Assembly (NCBI GenBank): GCA_964492965.1
Contig: CAZBME010000001.1
Coordinates: 210,705-274,704, forward strand
Direction: 5' to 3'
Length of the DNA: 64,000 nucleotides
Source of the DNA: an uncultured Syntrophaceae bacterium
GTDB lineage: Bacteria; Desulfobacterota; Syntrophia; Syntrophales; UBA8958
The notes below the pieces were generated by a model. That model was not told the origin of the DNA. It searched no databases and saw only the letters and a list, made by a program, of their open reading frames with translations. Below, one piece after another: positions 55,484 to 64,000 of this stretch (its first letter is position 1; the number at the start of each line of letters is the position of its first letter). The position numbers and the translations under genes were made by a program.

Positions 55484-55589
55484 CGAAAAGACAACATATT
55501 ATGTAATAATTATTGCCAAATGTTATCAATATCATTGACGTCAATTTATTTTTCCCAAAACAAGAATAGGGCCGGGGGAATGGCTTTTT

Positions 55590-55638
55590 TGATTCATATA
55601 TGAATCAAAACCAACATTAGTGATCCATATTAGAATCA
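55590..55638. promoter_or_regulatory. tandem 18-bp palindromes (putative enhancer/UAS), sites C and D
   Basis: Site C is TGATTCATATATGAATCA (55590-55607, a perfect palindrome) and site D is TGATCCATATTAGAATCA (55621-55638). Their centres are 31 bp apart, about 105-155 bp upstream of the promoter at 55470-55483. Confidence 0.65.
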
Positions 55639-55688
55639 ATGTTGTTTTATGAGCCTATCCGGTGGGAATCCCCTTGATCAGAATCGTT

Positions 55689-57884
55689 TCAAACAACATC
55701 AGCCTTGATTTTGTGCTTCGAGGCTTTCCGAATGAAGGTCGGTTGGCTGATGCCGATTGCGGCGGCGGCTTTTCTCGTTGTGCCGAAGCGGATCAGGGCA
55801 TTGCGGATCATCTCTTTTTCGAGTTCCGCCACAGCCGCTCCCAATTTAAATCCGGACAACGCTTTCACCCCTTCATCGGGCTTCCTGGCATCTTCCGATT
55901 GATGGCCCGGCAAATCGATATTGCTGATGATATCCTCGGGACAGGTGATCATGTTTCTTTCAATCACATTCTGTAATTCCCGGACGTTACCGGGCCAATC
56001 GTAAGACATGAGCAGGTTGATGGCCCTCTCGTCAAAGCGTTTGTTGATCTTATATTTTTTATTGTACAATGTTGTAAAATGGGTGACAAAATTGGGGACT
56101 TCCTCTCTGCGGTCCCGCAAGGGAGGAATATTGACCGGCACGACATTCAGCCTGTAAAAAAGGTCCTGCCTGAATTCATTTTTGGCCGCCATGTCTGCCA
56201 GATTCTTGTTTGAAGCGGCAATGATGCGGACATCGACCTTGAGCGGCTTGTTCCCGCCCAACCGGGTGATCACTTTCTGCTGAATGGTCCGCAATAGTTT
56301 CGATTGCAGATGGAGGGGCATTTCACCGATTTCATCGAGGAAGATCGTCCCGCCGTTGGCCAGCTCAAAAATGCCGGCCCTCCCTTTTTTATGGGCTCCC
56401 GTAAAGGCCCCCGCTTCGTACCCGAACAACTCCGATTCCAGTAAATTATCGGGGATGGCGGCGCAATTGATGGGGATCATGGGTTTATCACGTCTCAGGC
56501 TGTTTTCGTGGAGCATTTCCGCCACAATTTCCTTGCCGACTCCCGATTCACCGAGAATGAGAATCGTCGTATCCACTTTGCTAAGACGCATGACCAATTC
56601 GACGAGCTCTTTGGATTTCTTTGATTTAGCAATATATTTGCCGGATATCTTAATCCTGTTGAGTTGCTCCTTGTAATGATCGCTCAGGCTCTCCGCCTTC
56701 TCCAGTTGATTCTTCAACTCATTGAGTTCCGTAATATCCCTGGCGTTATGAACGACGCGGAAAACATTGCCGCTGCCGTCCATAATGGGATTGCTGGTCA
56801 CGAGGATTGTTTTCCCCGATCGAACTTCCTGGGCAATGGTGACGGGCTTCCCCTCCAGCATCGCCTGGAGGGGGATGCTCTGCTTAAATATCCCTCGGAC
56901 CACTAGGTCTTCCATTTTATAGCCCAGAAGCTCATTCTTCTGAATTCCCGTGATGCGGGTGAAGGCGTCATTGACACGCAGAACCCGACCCTGATTGTCA
57001 GTCAGATAGATGCCGTCAAACGACGATTCGATGATTGTGACCAGTTCTTCTTTCAATTCTTTGGTGGTGGTCAATTCCTCCGAGATGTGCTCAAGGTCGG
57101 AGATATCCTGAAAAACAGCCACGGCGCCGATGATTTTATCCTTATGCCTCAGGGGACTTTTATTGGTGACGAGAATTTTATCCTTAAAAATCAATTTCTG
57201 GCCGAAATCGGATCTGCCCGTATGGACGATATCATCCAGCTTGGCATCGGGCAGAATATCAGACAGCAATCGATTGAGGGCCGCTTTGCGTGCAATGGAT
57301 AATATCTTTTCCGCCGCATCATTCATGAGCTTGATGTGACCATTTAAATCTATGGTGATAATGCCGTTATAGGCGGAATTGATAACGGTGTGCAGTTCTT
57401 CCTCAAAGTTCAGGATGGAGCTGAAGTACGCCCGGATCGTATCCGAAAGGGTAACAATGCCCACGACACGACCGTCTTCGACGACAGGCAGGCTCCCGAC
57501 ATTGATGGTTATCAGCTTCGAGATATCTTCGTTAGGCTTCGTCACCAGGGGATCCGTCTTCATGATATCCCCGATATTCTTCTCGATATCCCCGCTATGA
57601 TTGATTTCCCGCAAGGCCATGGTTTTGGTGATCAGACCGACGATTTTCCCCTCGTCGCTTACAATCGGGACACCGTCAATCTTATTCTCAATGATAATCC
57701 TGATGGCGTCTTTTAATGTCGCGTCGCTCTTCAGGACCAGGGGATGCGGACGCATGAAATCACTGACCTTGGCGTTCATATTCAGGCCATCCGTTTCCCT
57801 CAACAATTGCTGTACTTCGTTGAGCAACGGATCCTCATCCGGATAATTCGTCACAACGGCACCTCCCGTACGATGATGCTTCAC
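55689..57884 (-). CDS. sigma-54-dependent transcriptional activator with a CBS pair, two PAS domains, AAA+ and Fis HTH
   Basis: The N-terminal CBS repeats read VSDFMRPHPLVLKSDATLKDAIRIIIENKIDGVPIV... and IGDIMKTDPLV...LPVVEDGRVVGIVT. AAA+ motifs are GESGVGKE and ESELFGYEAGAFTGA. The HTH reads RKAAAAIGISQPTFIRKASKH. The true start may be an internal Met, for example near 57779. Confidence 0.9.
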   Translation of the reverse strand: MKHHRTGGAVVTNYPDEDPLLNEVQQLLRETDGLNMNAKVSDFMRPHPLVLKSDATLKDAIRIIIENKIDGVPIVSDEGKIVGLITKTMALREINHSGDIEKNIGDIMKTDPLVTKPNEDISKLITINVGSLPVVEDGRVVGIVTLSDTIRAYFSSILNFEEELHTVINSAYNGIITIDLNGHIKLMNDAAEKILSIARKAALNRLLSDILPDAKLDDIVHTGRSDFGQKLIFKDKILVTNKSPLRHKDKIIGAVAVFQDISDLEHISEELTTTKELKEELVTIIESSFDGIYLTDNQGRVLRVNDAFTRITGIQKNELLGYKMEDLVVRGIFKQSIPLQAMLEGKPVTIAQEVRSGKTILVTSNPIMDGSGNVFRVVHNARDITELNELKNQLEKAESLSDHYKEQLNRIKISGKYIAKSKKSKELVELVMRLSKVDTTILILGESGVGKEIVAEMLHENSLRRDKPMIPINCAAIPDNLLESELFGYEAGAFTGAHKKGRAGIFELANGGTIFLDEIGEMPLHLQSKLLRTIQQKVITRLGGNKPLKVDVRIIAASNKNLADMAAKNEFRQDLFYRLNVVPVNIPPLRDRREEVPNFVTHFTTLYNKKYKINKRFDERAINLLMSYDWPGNVRELQNVIERNMITCPEDIISNIDLPGHQSEDARKPDEGVKALSGFKLGAAVAELEKEMIRNALIRFGTTRKAAAAIGISQPTFIRKASKHKIKADVV

Positions 57885-58045
57885 GATTTCGATTGATTTT
57901 ATTTGTATATTATCTTAAATTTAGATTCAGTAACAGCATGGTTTATAGATCATGCCATATACCTGACCTTTACAACCTGCCTGCTCCAGATGCAACCAGT
58001 CTTTTAACGCATGATTTGATGGACCCGCTTGGGGGGATATGAGTC

Positions 58046-60061
58046 ATGAATCAGTCTGAAATGGCCAAAGATGATTTGGCATCGGCAAATGAAATCCTAT
58101 GCCTGCGTGTTTCAGAACTGGAGAAGAGCCTTGCCGAAAAGCAACAAACAACAGAAGAGCTCAAAGCCCGGATTAAAACGATGGCCGCTGCTTCCCGTGC
58201 GGCCGACCTCGCCCTGTGGGAATGGGATATCGGTTCAGACAGATTGACATGGACGGATAATGTAGATGCATTGATCGGCTATGAGAGAGGCCACATCGAA
58301 CATACCATCCAGGCCTGGAACGAACTGATTCACGCCGACGACCGTGCCATGGTCTGGGAACATCTGGAAAAGCACCTCAACGAGGGTTCACCCTACGATG
58401 TACACTACCGCATAAAAAGAAAAGACGGCCGCTATCATTGGTGGCGTGATACAGGCCAATGCCTGAGGGACAAAAGCGGCAAGGCATACCTCATGTCAGG
58501 GGCCTGCATGGATATTTCAAAACAAAAACACGCCGAAGATGATCTCAGAGAGCAGATCCGGTTTCTCCAGGTGCTCATCGATTCCATCCCGGCGCCTGTT
58601 TTCTTCAAGGATACGGAAGGCCGCTATCTCGGTTGCAACAAAGCATTGGAAGATATGCTCGGCGTACCGAGGGACCGTATCCTTGGAAAAACCATGTACG
58701 ATTTCGCGCCGAAATTTCTTGCCGACCTGCATCTGCGCTCAGACCTGGATCTGTTCAGCCAAGGGGGGTTTCAGGCCTATGAGAGTATTGCGTTCAACGA
58801 GAAGGGAGAAAAACGACAGATAGTCGTGACGAAGGCCACGTTCGACGACCGGCATGGCAAACTCGCGGGATTGATCGGAACCATCTTTGATATGACGGAC
58901 ACGAAGCGATTGGAAGCCAGGGTCCGTCAAACCCAGAAGTTAGAAGCCATCGGCACGCTCGCCGGAGGAATTGCGCACGATTTCAATAATATGCTGGGAG
59001 CCATTTCGGGCTATACAGAGCTGTCTCTTGAGCAAGTGCCTGCCGACAGCAAGGTGAAGGGCTATCTCATGCAAATTTTCAAGGCCACACGCCGGGCCGT
59101 CGATCTTGTATCTCAAATCCTTGACTTCAGCCGTCAGAAGGAACAGGAGCGCCGTCCCCTGAGGGTCGGGCCCCTGGTTAAAGAGGCCACGAAACTTCTC
59201 CGGGCAACGATTCCTAAAACCATTGATATCCGGACAAATATCACAACCGAGGTGGACACGGTTCTGGCAGATCCTTCTCAGATTCACCAGCTCCTGACGA
59301 ATCTCTGCACAAACGCTTATCAGGCCATGAAAAGCGATACGGGTCTCCTGGACATAACGTTGTCCAATGTGTCCATCAACACCGACGCCAAGGCTCCTTC
59401 ATCCCTCTGGAAGCCCGGTCCTTATCTCAAACTGTCTGTCCGCGACACAGGACAAGGTATTGAGCCGGACCATATCGAGCGGATATTTGATCCATTTTTC
59501 ACGACCCAAGGCCTTGGTGAAGCACCAGGCCTTGGCCTGTCCGTGGTCCACGGGATTGTTAAAAATCACGGCGGCGAGATAACCGTAGAAAGTCAAACCG
59601 GCAAGGGAACGGAAATAAGCGTTTATCTGCCTCTTGTCGAAGATCAGCAGGACAGGAAGACACCCTCGTCGGATAGCCTTATCATTGGAGGCTCGGAACA
59701 CATCCTTGTGGTCGATGATGAGGAAATGCTTGCGAAGATGACCAAGGCCCTGCTGGAAGGCCTGGGGTACAAGGTGACGGCAAAAACGGACAGCATTGAG
59801 GCGCTTGAGTCATTCCAGAGCAATCCGCAAGGTTACGATCTGGTCATTACCGATCATGCCATGCCCATCATGACGGGTCTGTCGCTGGCCGCTGCAATCA
59901 TGAACATCAGGCCGGAAATCCCGGTTTTTCTCTGCACGGGGTTCAGCAGCGCCGTCGATCCTGAAATAGCCCAAAAGGCAGGCATCCGTGAGTTCGTTAT
60001 GAAACCTGTCACAAGGCGACACATCGCAGAACTGATCCGGAAGGCCCTGGGAAATGGGTAA
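58046..60061 (+). CDS. hybrid sensor histidine kinase (coiled coil, two PAS, HisKA, HATPase, receiver)
   Basis: The H-box is GGIAHDFNNMLGAISGYTEL. ATPase boxes are DTGQGIEPDHIERIFDPFFTT and GLGLSVVHGIVKNHGG. The C-terminal receiver reads ILVVDDEE...DLVITDHAMP. Confidence 0.93.
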   Translation: MNQSEMAKDDLASANEILCLRVSELEKSLAEKQQTTEELKARIKTMAAASRAADLALWEWDIGSDRLTWTDNVDALIGYERGHIEHTIQAWNELIHADDRAMVWEHLEKHLNEGSPYDVHYRIKRKDGRYHWWRDTGQCLRDKSGKAYLMSGACMDISKQKHAEDDLREQIRFLQVLIDSIPAPVFFKDTEGRYLGCNKALEDMLGVPRDRILGKTMYDFAPKFLADLHLRSDLDLFSQGGFQAYESIAFNEKGEKRQIVVTKATFDDRHGKLAGLIGTIFDMTDTKRLEARVRQTQKLEAIGTLAGGIAHDFNNMLGAISGYTELSLEQVPADSKVKGYLMQIFKATRRAVDLVSQILDFSRQKEQERRPLRVGPLVKEATKLLRATIPKTIDIRTNITTEVDTVLADPSQIHQLLTNLCTNAYQAMKSDTGLLDITLSNVSINTDAKAPSSLWKPGPYLKLSVRDTGQGIEPDHIERIFDPFFTTQGLGEAPGLGLSVVHGIVKNHGGEITVESQTGKGTEISVYLPLVEDQQDRKTPSSDSLIIGGSEHILVVDDEEMLAKMTKALLEGLGYKVTAKTDSIEALESFQSNPQGYDLVITDHAMPIMTGLSLAAAIMNIRPEIPVFLCTGFSSAVDPEIAQKAGIREFVMKPVTRRHIAELIRKALGNG

Positions 60062-60079
60062 CGATTGGGTGTAAAACAT

Positions 60080-61471
60080 ATGGCAGACATACTGATTATT
60101 GACGACGACAAGATCATGTCCGATATGCTCGTGGATATCGTAAACGGCATGGGACACACAGCCCATACGGCATTCACCCTTGACGACGCTGCCAAAACAG
60201 CCTCCAGGACGCCTTTCAGCGTGATCCTCCTCGATGTGAATCTCCCGGACGGCAACGGTCTGGAGAAGCTTCAGACGTTCCGTGAACTTCCCGACGCTCC
60301 GGAGGTCATTATCATCACGGCTTACGGGGACCGTAGCGGAGCGGAGGTCGCCTTGAACAGCGGCGCCTGGGACTACATTTACAAAACCGCCTCCATCGCC
60401 AAGATCAGGCTTTCCCTGCTTCGGGCCATCCAATACGCCGAAACCAGAAAAGAAAGAGTATCCGTGCTGCCTGAGCCGGACCTGGAGGGCATCATCGGCC
60501 ACCATGACTACCTGTCTGCCTGCATCAGCCGCCTGACACAGGCGGCTCAGAGCGACGGGAATATCTTGATCAGCGGAGAAACGGGCACGGGAAAAGAACT
60601 CTTCGCCCAGGCCATACACAGGAACAGCCGTCGCGCAGGCCGGAGCTTCGTCACCGTTGACTGTGCCGCCCTTCCCCCGACACTTGCGGAAAGCCTGTTG
60701 TTCGGACATGAAAAAGGCGCCTTCACCGGTGCCGACAAACCCATGGACGGAATGATTATGCAGGCGGATGGGGGAACCCTTTTCCTTGACGAGATTGGCG
60801 ACCTGAATGCATCTATTCAGAAGACCTTCCTGCGTGTCCTCCAGGAACACCGTTTCCGGCCTCTCGGAGCCAAACAGGAAATCAAGAGCGATTTCCGGGT
60901 CGTCGCCGCGACCAACAGAAACCTTGAAGAAATGGCCCGTAAGGGAGATTTCAGACTGGACCTGCTGCACCGCATCCGCGCCTTGGTCATTGAACTGCCG
61001 CCGCTACGAAAACATCCGTCAGCGATTACGGAGCTTGTCCTTTATTACATGACGAAACTTTGCAGGCGTTACGGCATATCGCATAAAAATGCCTCTCCCG
61101 AATTTCTGGAAGCCCTCGTCGGCTACGGTTGGCCAGGTAATGTCCGCGAACTCATCAATGCGATGGAATGGGCCATTGCGGCAGCGCTCCAGGAACAAAC
61201 CCTTTATCCCAAACACCTTCCTACGCAAATCAGACTTTATACGGCCGATGACGAAAACAAACAGGCAAGCCAGGTGAAAGCCCGGGATACTATGTCAACA
61301 TTAAAATTTGTCAGGGAATCGGCCGTTGCGGCCGCAGAATCTTCCTATCTCAAGGATTTGATTCACATGACGAAAGGGAGCATCTCCGAAGCTTGCAGGA
61401 TCTCCGGCTTATCGCGCCCGCAACTTTACGCTCAACTGAGAAAGCACCATCTCACGAGATCGAGCTTCTGA
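60080..61471 (+). CDS. NtrC-family sigma-54-dependent response regulator (receiver, AAA+, HTH)
   Basis: The receiver reads MADILIIDDD...VILLDVNLPDGNG. AAA+ motifs are GETGTGKE and LLFGHEKGAFTGA. A C-terminal HTH is present. The 386-aa minus-strand track ORF over it is antisense noise. Confidence 0.92.
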   Translation: MADILIIDDDKIMSDMLVDIVNGMGHTAHTAFTLDDAAKTASRTPFSVILLDVNLPDGNGLEKLQTFRELPDAPEVIIITAYGDRSGAEVALNSGAWDYIYKTASIAKIRLSLLRAIQYAETRKERVSVLPEPDLEGIIGHHDYLSACISRLTQAAQSDGNILISGETGTGKELFAQAIHRNSRRAGRSFVTVDCAALPPTLAESLLFGHEKGAFTGADKPMDGMIMQADGGTLFLDEIGDLNASIQKTFLRVLQEHRFRPLGAKQEIKSDFRVVAATNRNLEEMARKGDFRLDLLHRIRALVIELPPLRKHPSAITELVLYYMTKLCRRYGISHKNASPEFLEALVGYGWPGNVRELINAMEWAIAAALQEQTLYPKHLPTQIRLYTADDENKQASQVKARDTMSTLKFVRESAVAAAESSYLKDLIHMTKGSISEACRISGLSRPQLYAQLRKHHLTRSSF

Positions 61472-61772
61472 ACATCTAACCATCAGTATTGTCCAGCCAT
61501 AACTGTATTGCAAAACCATACAGCACCTAAGACAATGTAATTATTCCGTTGCATTCATAATTATCCTGTTCGGTGTCTGGCAAAACCATACGAAATCCCG
61601 CATTCGCCCCCTCCCCTTCATAGTCAGCATTATTATAATGCATTGAATTAATTGGCATTATATATTTAGGCACTTTTTGGCATGAGACGTGGATACATAA
61701 TCAAAAAACACAAAAAGCGCATCCCGGACATTAAAACATCCAGATGAAACGGCGAAAGGAGGTAAATACAAT

Positions 61773-63320
61773 ATGAATCAGGATCATGGCGCTTCTGATA
61801 AAATCATATCATTATTTGTAGGAACCATACGAAGAAAGTTCATCTCTATTGTAGGCATGGCCTTGTTATTTATGACTATTTTCACACTCATCGGCCAATA
61901 TATCGCCCACGTGGAGAATCTGGTCGTCGTATTGGCCCGCAGTGAAAGGGAATGGCTGGACGCCCACCAGGGAGGGTTCGCTTATCTGAACCAGTACATG
62001 ACCACACAGGACAAGAAATACCTCGATCTGGCCCTGGCAAAACTGGAACACGGCTACAGGATCGATAAAATCGGGCCGCTGATGCTTGCCGTCTCACAAG
62101 GCAAGAAAGTCGATGAGGAGGCCGTGGCGAAGGAACTTCATGCGTCTACGGCTGCCATTGCCATTGAAGACGGCAACGGGAAAGGCCTTGTCAATCTCAT
62201 CAAATTGATGGGTTTCCACGAATATGTGCAGACCCTGATGCAGGATTGGGACGGCGCCTATCAGGACAGCGAGAAATACAAACCATTCATTCAAAAGTAT
62301 ATCGAAACAAAAGATAACGCCAGCCTGGAGAAGATCTTCGAGTATCAAGCGGTTTTCAAAAAACGGGGGGATTCTTTTTCCGAGACAACGGGAAAACTCT
62401 CGATATTTGTGGATACGGTCGTCGGAATAGCCTTGTGGGCTCTTCTGGTCTTTAGTGGCGCCGCTGCCCTGTTTCTCGGATATCTTGTTTCAAAATCCAT
62501 CGTAAATCCCCTAACCGAGGCAACATCTGTGGTAAGCCAAATGGCGGACGGCGATTTAAGAAGCCGGATAAATCTGACGCAACGGGACGAGATCGGCTAT
62601 ATGGTTCAGGCGATGAACAGCTTATGCGAAAACATGGGCAACAGCATCAGAGAAGTCGTCGCCGCATCGGGCCAGCTGGCGGAATCTTCATCCGTTGAGG
62701 CGGCATCTATTGAAGAAACATCGGCAACCCTTGAAGAGATGTCCTCCATGACCAAGCAGAGCGCCGAACACGCCGGCGAGGCCAAGAATCTCATGTCGGA
62801 GGCCCGACAGATCATCGGCAAGGTGAATGAACACGTCAGCCATACGACGGCTGCCGTTGAAGAGGCCATGCGTACGAGTGAGCAAACAGGAAAAATCATT
62901 AAGACCATCGACGAAATCGCATTCCAGACAAACCTTCTGGCCCTTAATGCCGCCGTAGAGGCCGCCAGGGCCGGTGAAGCGGGAGCAGGATTTGCCGTCG
63001 TGGCCGGCGAGGTGCGGAATCTGGCCATGAGGGCGGCGGAAGCGGCCAAAAACACCTCCACCCTGATTGAAAATACGATCAGTGCCGTCAGGAAGAGCAG
63101 CGTTCTGACAAATCTCACACAGGAAGCCTTCAAGGAGAATGTGGAAATCTCCAACAAGGTTGAAAATCTCGTCAACGAAATTGCCGCGGCTTCCCAAGAA
63201 CAGGCAAACGGCATCGGCCAGGCAAGCAAGGCCGTCGCTGAAATTGAAAAAGTCGTTCAACAGAACGCCTCCATGGCCGAAGAGCTTGCTGCCAGCGTCT
63301 CCATGTTCAAGACGAATTAG
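61773..63320 (+). CDS. methyl-accepting chemotaxis protein (helical periplasmic domain, HAMP, MA domain)
   Basis: Two TM segments are followed by HAMP ([26 protein letters not shown]) and the signalling hairpin [48 protein letters not shown] precedes the start. Confidence 0.93.
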   Translation: MNQDHGASDKIISLFVGTIRRKFISIVGMALLFMTIFTLIGQYIAHVENLVVVLARSEREWLDAHQGGFAYLNQYMTTQDKKYLDLALAKLEHGYRIDKIGPLMLAVSQGKKVDEEAVAKELHASTAAIAIEDGNGKGLVNLIKLMGFHEYVQTLMQDWDGAYQDSEKYKPFIQKYIETKDNASLEKIFEYQAVFKKRGDSFSETTGKLSIFVDTVVGIALWALLVFSGAAALFLGYLVSKSIVNPLTEATSVVSQMADGDLRSRINLTQRDEIGYMVQAMNSLCENMGNSIREVVAASGQLAESSSVEAASIEETSATLEEMSSMTKQSAEHAGEAKNLMSEARQIIGKVNEHVSHTTAAVEEAMRTSEQTGKIIKTIDEIAFQTNLLALNAAVEAARAGEAGAGFAVVAGEVRNLAMRAAEAAKNTSTLIENTISAVRKSSVLTNLTQEAFKENVEISNKVENLVNEIAAASQEQANGIGQASKAVAEIEKVVQQNASMAEELAASVSMFKTN

Positions 63321-63393
63321 AAGACTGCGAATAAGGATTTCAGAGCATGAAATTCATCAACAAGATTTTTTATGAAGAAAAGCAGGTTTATTC

Positions 63394-63798
63394 ATGAACA
63401 TCATTTTCTACGCACCTGTTATGGACCCGGATGCCTGCCAGACCTGGACGCTGCTTGAAAACCTAGATACGGAATTCGGCGTGGAGCTGCATAAATCCAC
63501 AAAGAGCCTCGACCAGCGCCTAAGGCAGCCCCTGCAGGGCATTGCAGCGATATTGCTCTATGTTGATGACGGAAATCATCTCGCAGAGCTTCTGCCTCTG
63601 AAAGAACTCCTGAATGACCTCCCGCTCATTATCATCCTGAAAGAAGCGGACAGTGAAATCATGAAAAAGGTTCATACCCTGAGACCCAGGGTTGTTTTAG
63701 GATCGCGTTTTCATTTCCATGAGATCGTTCATGTGATCGAGAATATGGTCAGGCGACAAAAGAGCCTGGAGTATGAAGGTTGCGGATTATCGCCTTGA
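63394..63798 (+). CDS. hypothetical protein with receiver-like (pseudo-receiver) alternation of beta/alpha segments
   Basis: The 134-aa product shows a beta1-like MNIIFYA, a beta3-like AAILLYVDDG and a beta4-like PLIIILKE pattern. It lacks the N-terminal acidic pair of true receivers. The assignment is tentative. Confidence 0.4.
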   Translation: MNIIFYAPVMDPDACQTWTLLENLDTEFGVELHKSTKSLDQRLRQPLQGIAAILLYVDDGNHLAELLPLKELLNDLPLIIILKEADSEIMKKVHTLRPRVVLGSRFHFHEIVHVIENMVRRQKSLEYEGCGLSP

Positions 63799-63943
63799 TA
63801 CACTGTTCAATGGTAAAGAAATATGATTTCAGCCGAGTACAGCATTCCGGCGGTTCCGGCAGGGAGGTTTCCCCCCTCCTTTTCCTCTCTGCCGACCGCC
63901 TTTCGTTTCTGCGTCAACATTAAGCCTGTGAAAGGATCTTTTT

Positions 63944-64000
63944 ATGAAAAAGATGGCACTGGATCTGAAATTAACGACAGGGGGCATCATTATTGTCCTC
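63944..64000 (+). CDS. 5' end of an ORF running off the window (MKKMALDLKLTTGGIIIVL...), probably a membrane or chemoreceptor-type protein
   Basis: The ATG lies 6-7 nt after AAAGGA, and a hydrophobic segment begins at the window edge. The visible portion is too short to classify. Confidence 0.35.
   Translation, partial: MKKMALDLKLTTGGIIIVL

Noticed and set aside
61669-61685. AGGCACTTTTTGGCAT could be a bona fide sigma-54 promoter for the second MCP.
   Set aside because: The GG-to-GC spacing is one nucleotide short of the canonical register seen in the other promoters of this window. I keep it only as a low-interest observation and do not annotate it as a feature.
1-64000. I looked through the window for CRISPR arrays, transposases or integrases, phage genes, toxin-antitoxin pairs and known defence-system signatures.
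   Set aside because: I saw no regularly spaced direct repeats, no recombinase or transposase-like translations, no terminal inverted repeats flanking genes, and no nuclease/ATPase/methylase combinations. The tRNA-Val has no adjacent integrase. The window appears to be core or accessory catabolic chromosome rather than a mobile or defence island.

Overview
The window is a densely coded chromosomal segment with about 48 protein genes, one tRNA-Val, and no rRNA, CRISPR array or recognisable mobile element. Gene content suggests an anaerobic, fatty-acid/organic-acid-degrading bacterium, possibly deltaproteobacterial or Syntrophales-like. That taxonomic guess rests only on content: 4-hydroxybutyryl-CoA dehydratase, a glycyl radical enzyme, three beta-oxidation-type modules and four sigma-54 enhancer-binding proteins (EBPs). 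Positions 1-13 kb hold housekeeping and mixed genes: patatin-like lipase, HtrA protease, Fe-SOD, RadC, KdsD, tRNA-Val, a TetR-controlled fadN/fadA operon and a GT2 glycosyltransferase. Positions 13.8-17.9 kb hold a PocR-LuxR regulator and a chemoreceptor operon with a textbook sigma-54 promoter that also encodes two tandem secreted single-Cache proteins. The most interesting region is 18.2-32.9 kb. It is a minus-strand locus encoding acyl-CoA ligase, MFS transporter, a small secreted protein, two tandem SDRs, an orphan glycyl radical enzyme (GRE) with its activase, and a secreted type-B carboxylesterase. Next to it lie a second MFS gene and an AcoR-type sigma-54 activator. The GRE Cys loop reads GCVYIE, so it lacks the Cys-x-Glu of characterised eliminating GREs, and I cannot assign a substrate. 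Positions 33-38 kb hold an hbd-thiolase-ACAD operon with a nifH-like sigma-54 promoter and a divergent PAS-EBP. Positions 38.4-48 kb hold an unusual plus-strand cluster: two divergent HMG-CoA-lyase-like paralogs, two SLC13/ArsB-like anion permeases, a family-I CoA-transferase, a stand-alone condensation/WS-DGAT-like HxxxDG acyltransferase and a crotonase. This cluster is interrupted by an 840-bp non-coding spacer carrying a 22-bp inverted repeat. Positions 48-58 kb hold an AbfD-ACAD-thiolase operon and an SBP-acyl-CoA synthetase operon. Each is preceded by the same promoter architecture: TGGCAC-RACAA-TTGW plus two 18-bp palindromes (TGATYCA-N4-TGRATCA) 31 bp apart. A CBS-PAS sigma-54 activator sits beside them. 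Positions 58-64 kb hold a hybrid histidine kinase, an NtrC-type regulator, a second chemoreceptor and a pseudo-receiver-like ORF. All functional calls come from reading motifs in the supplied translations, and no database search was possible.
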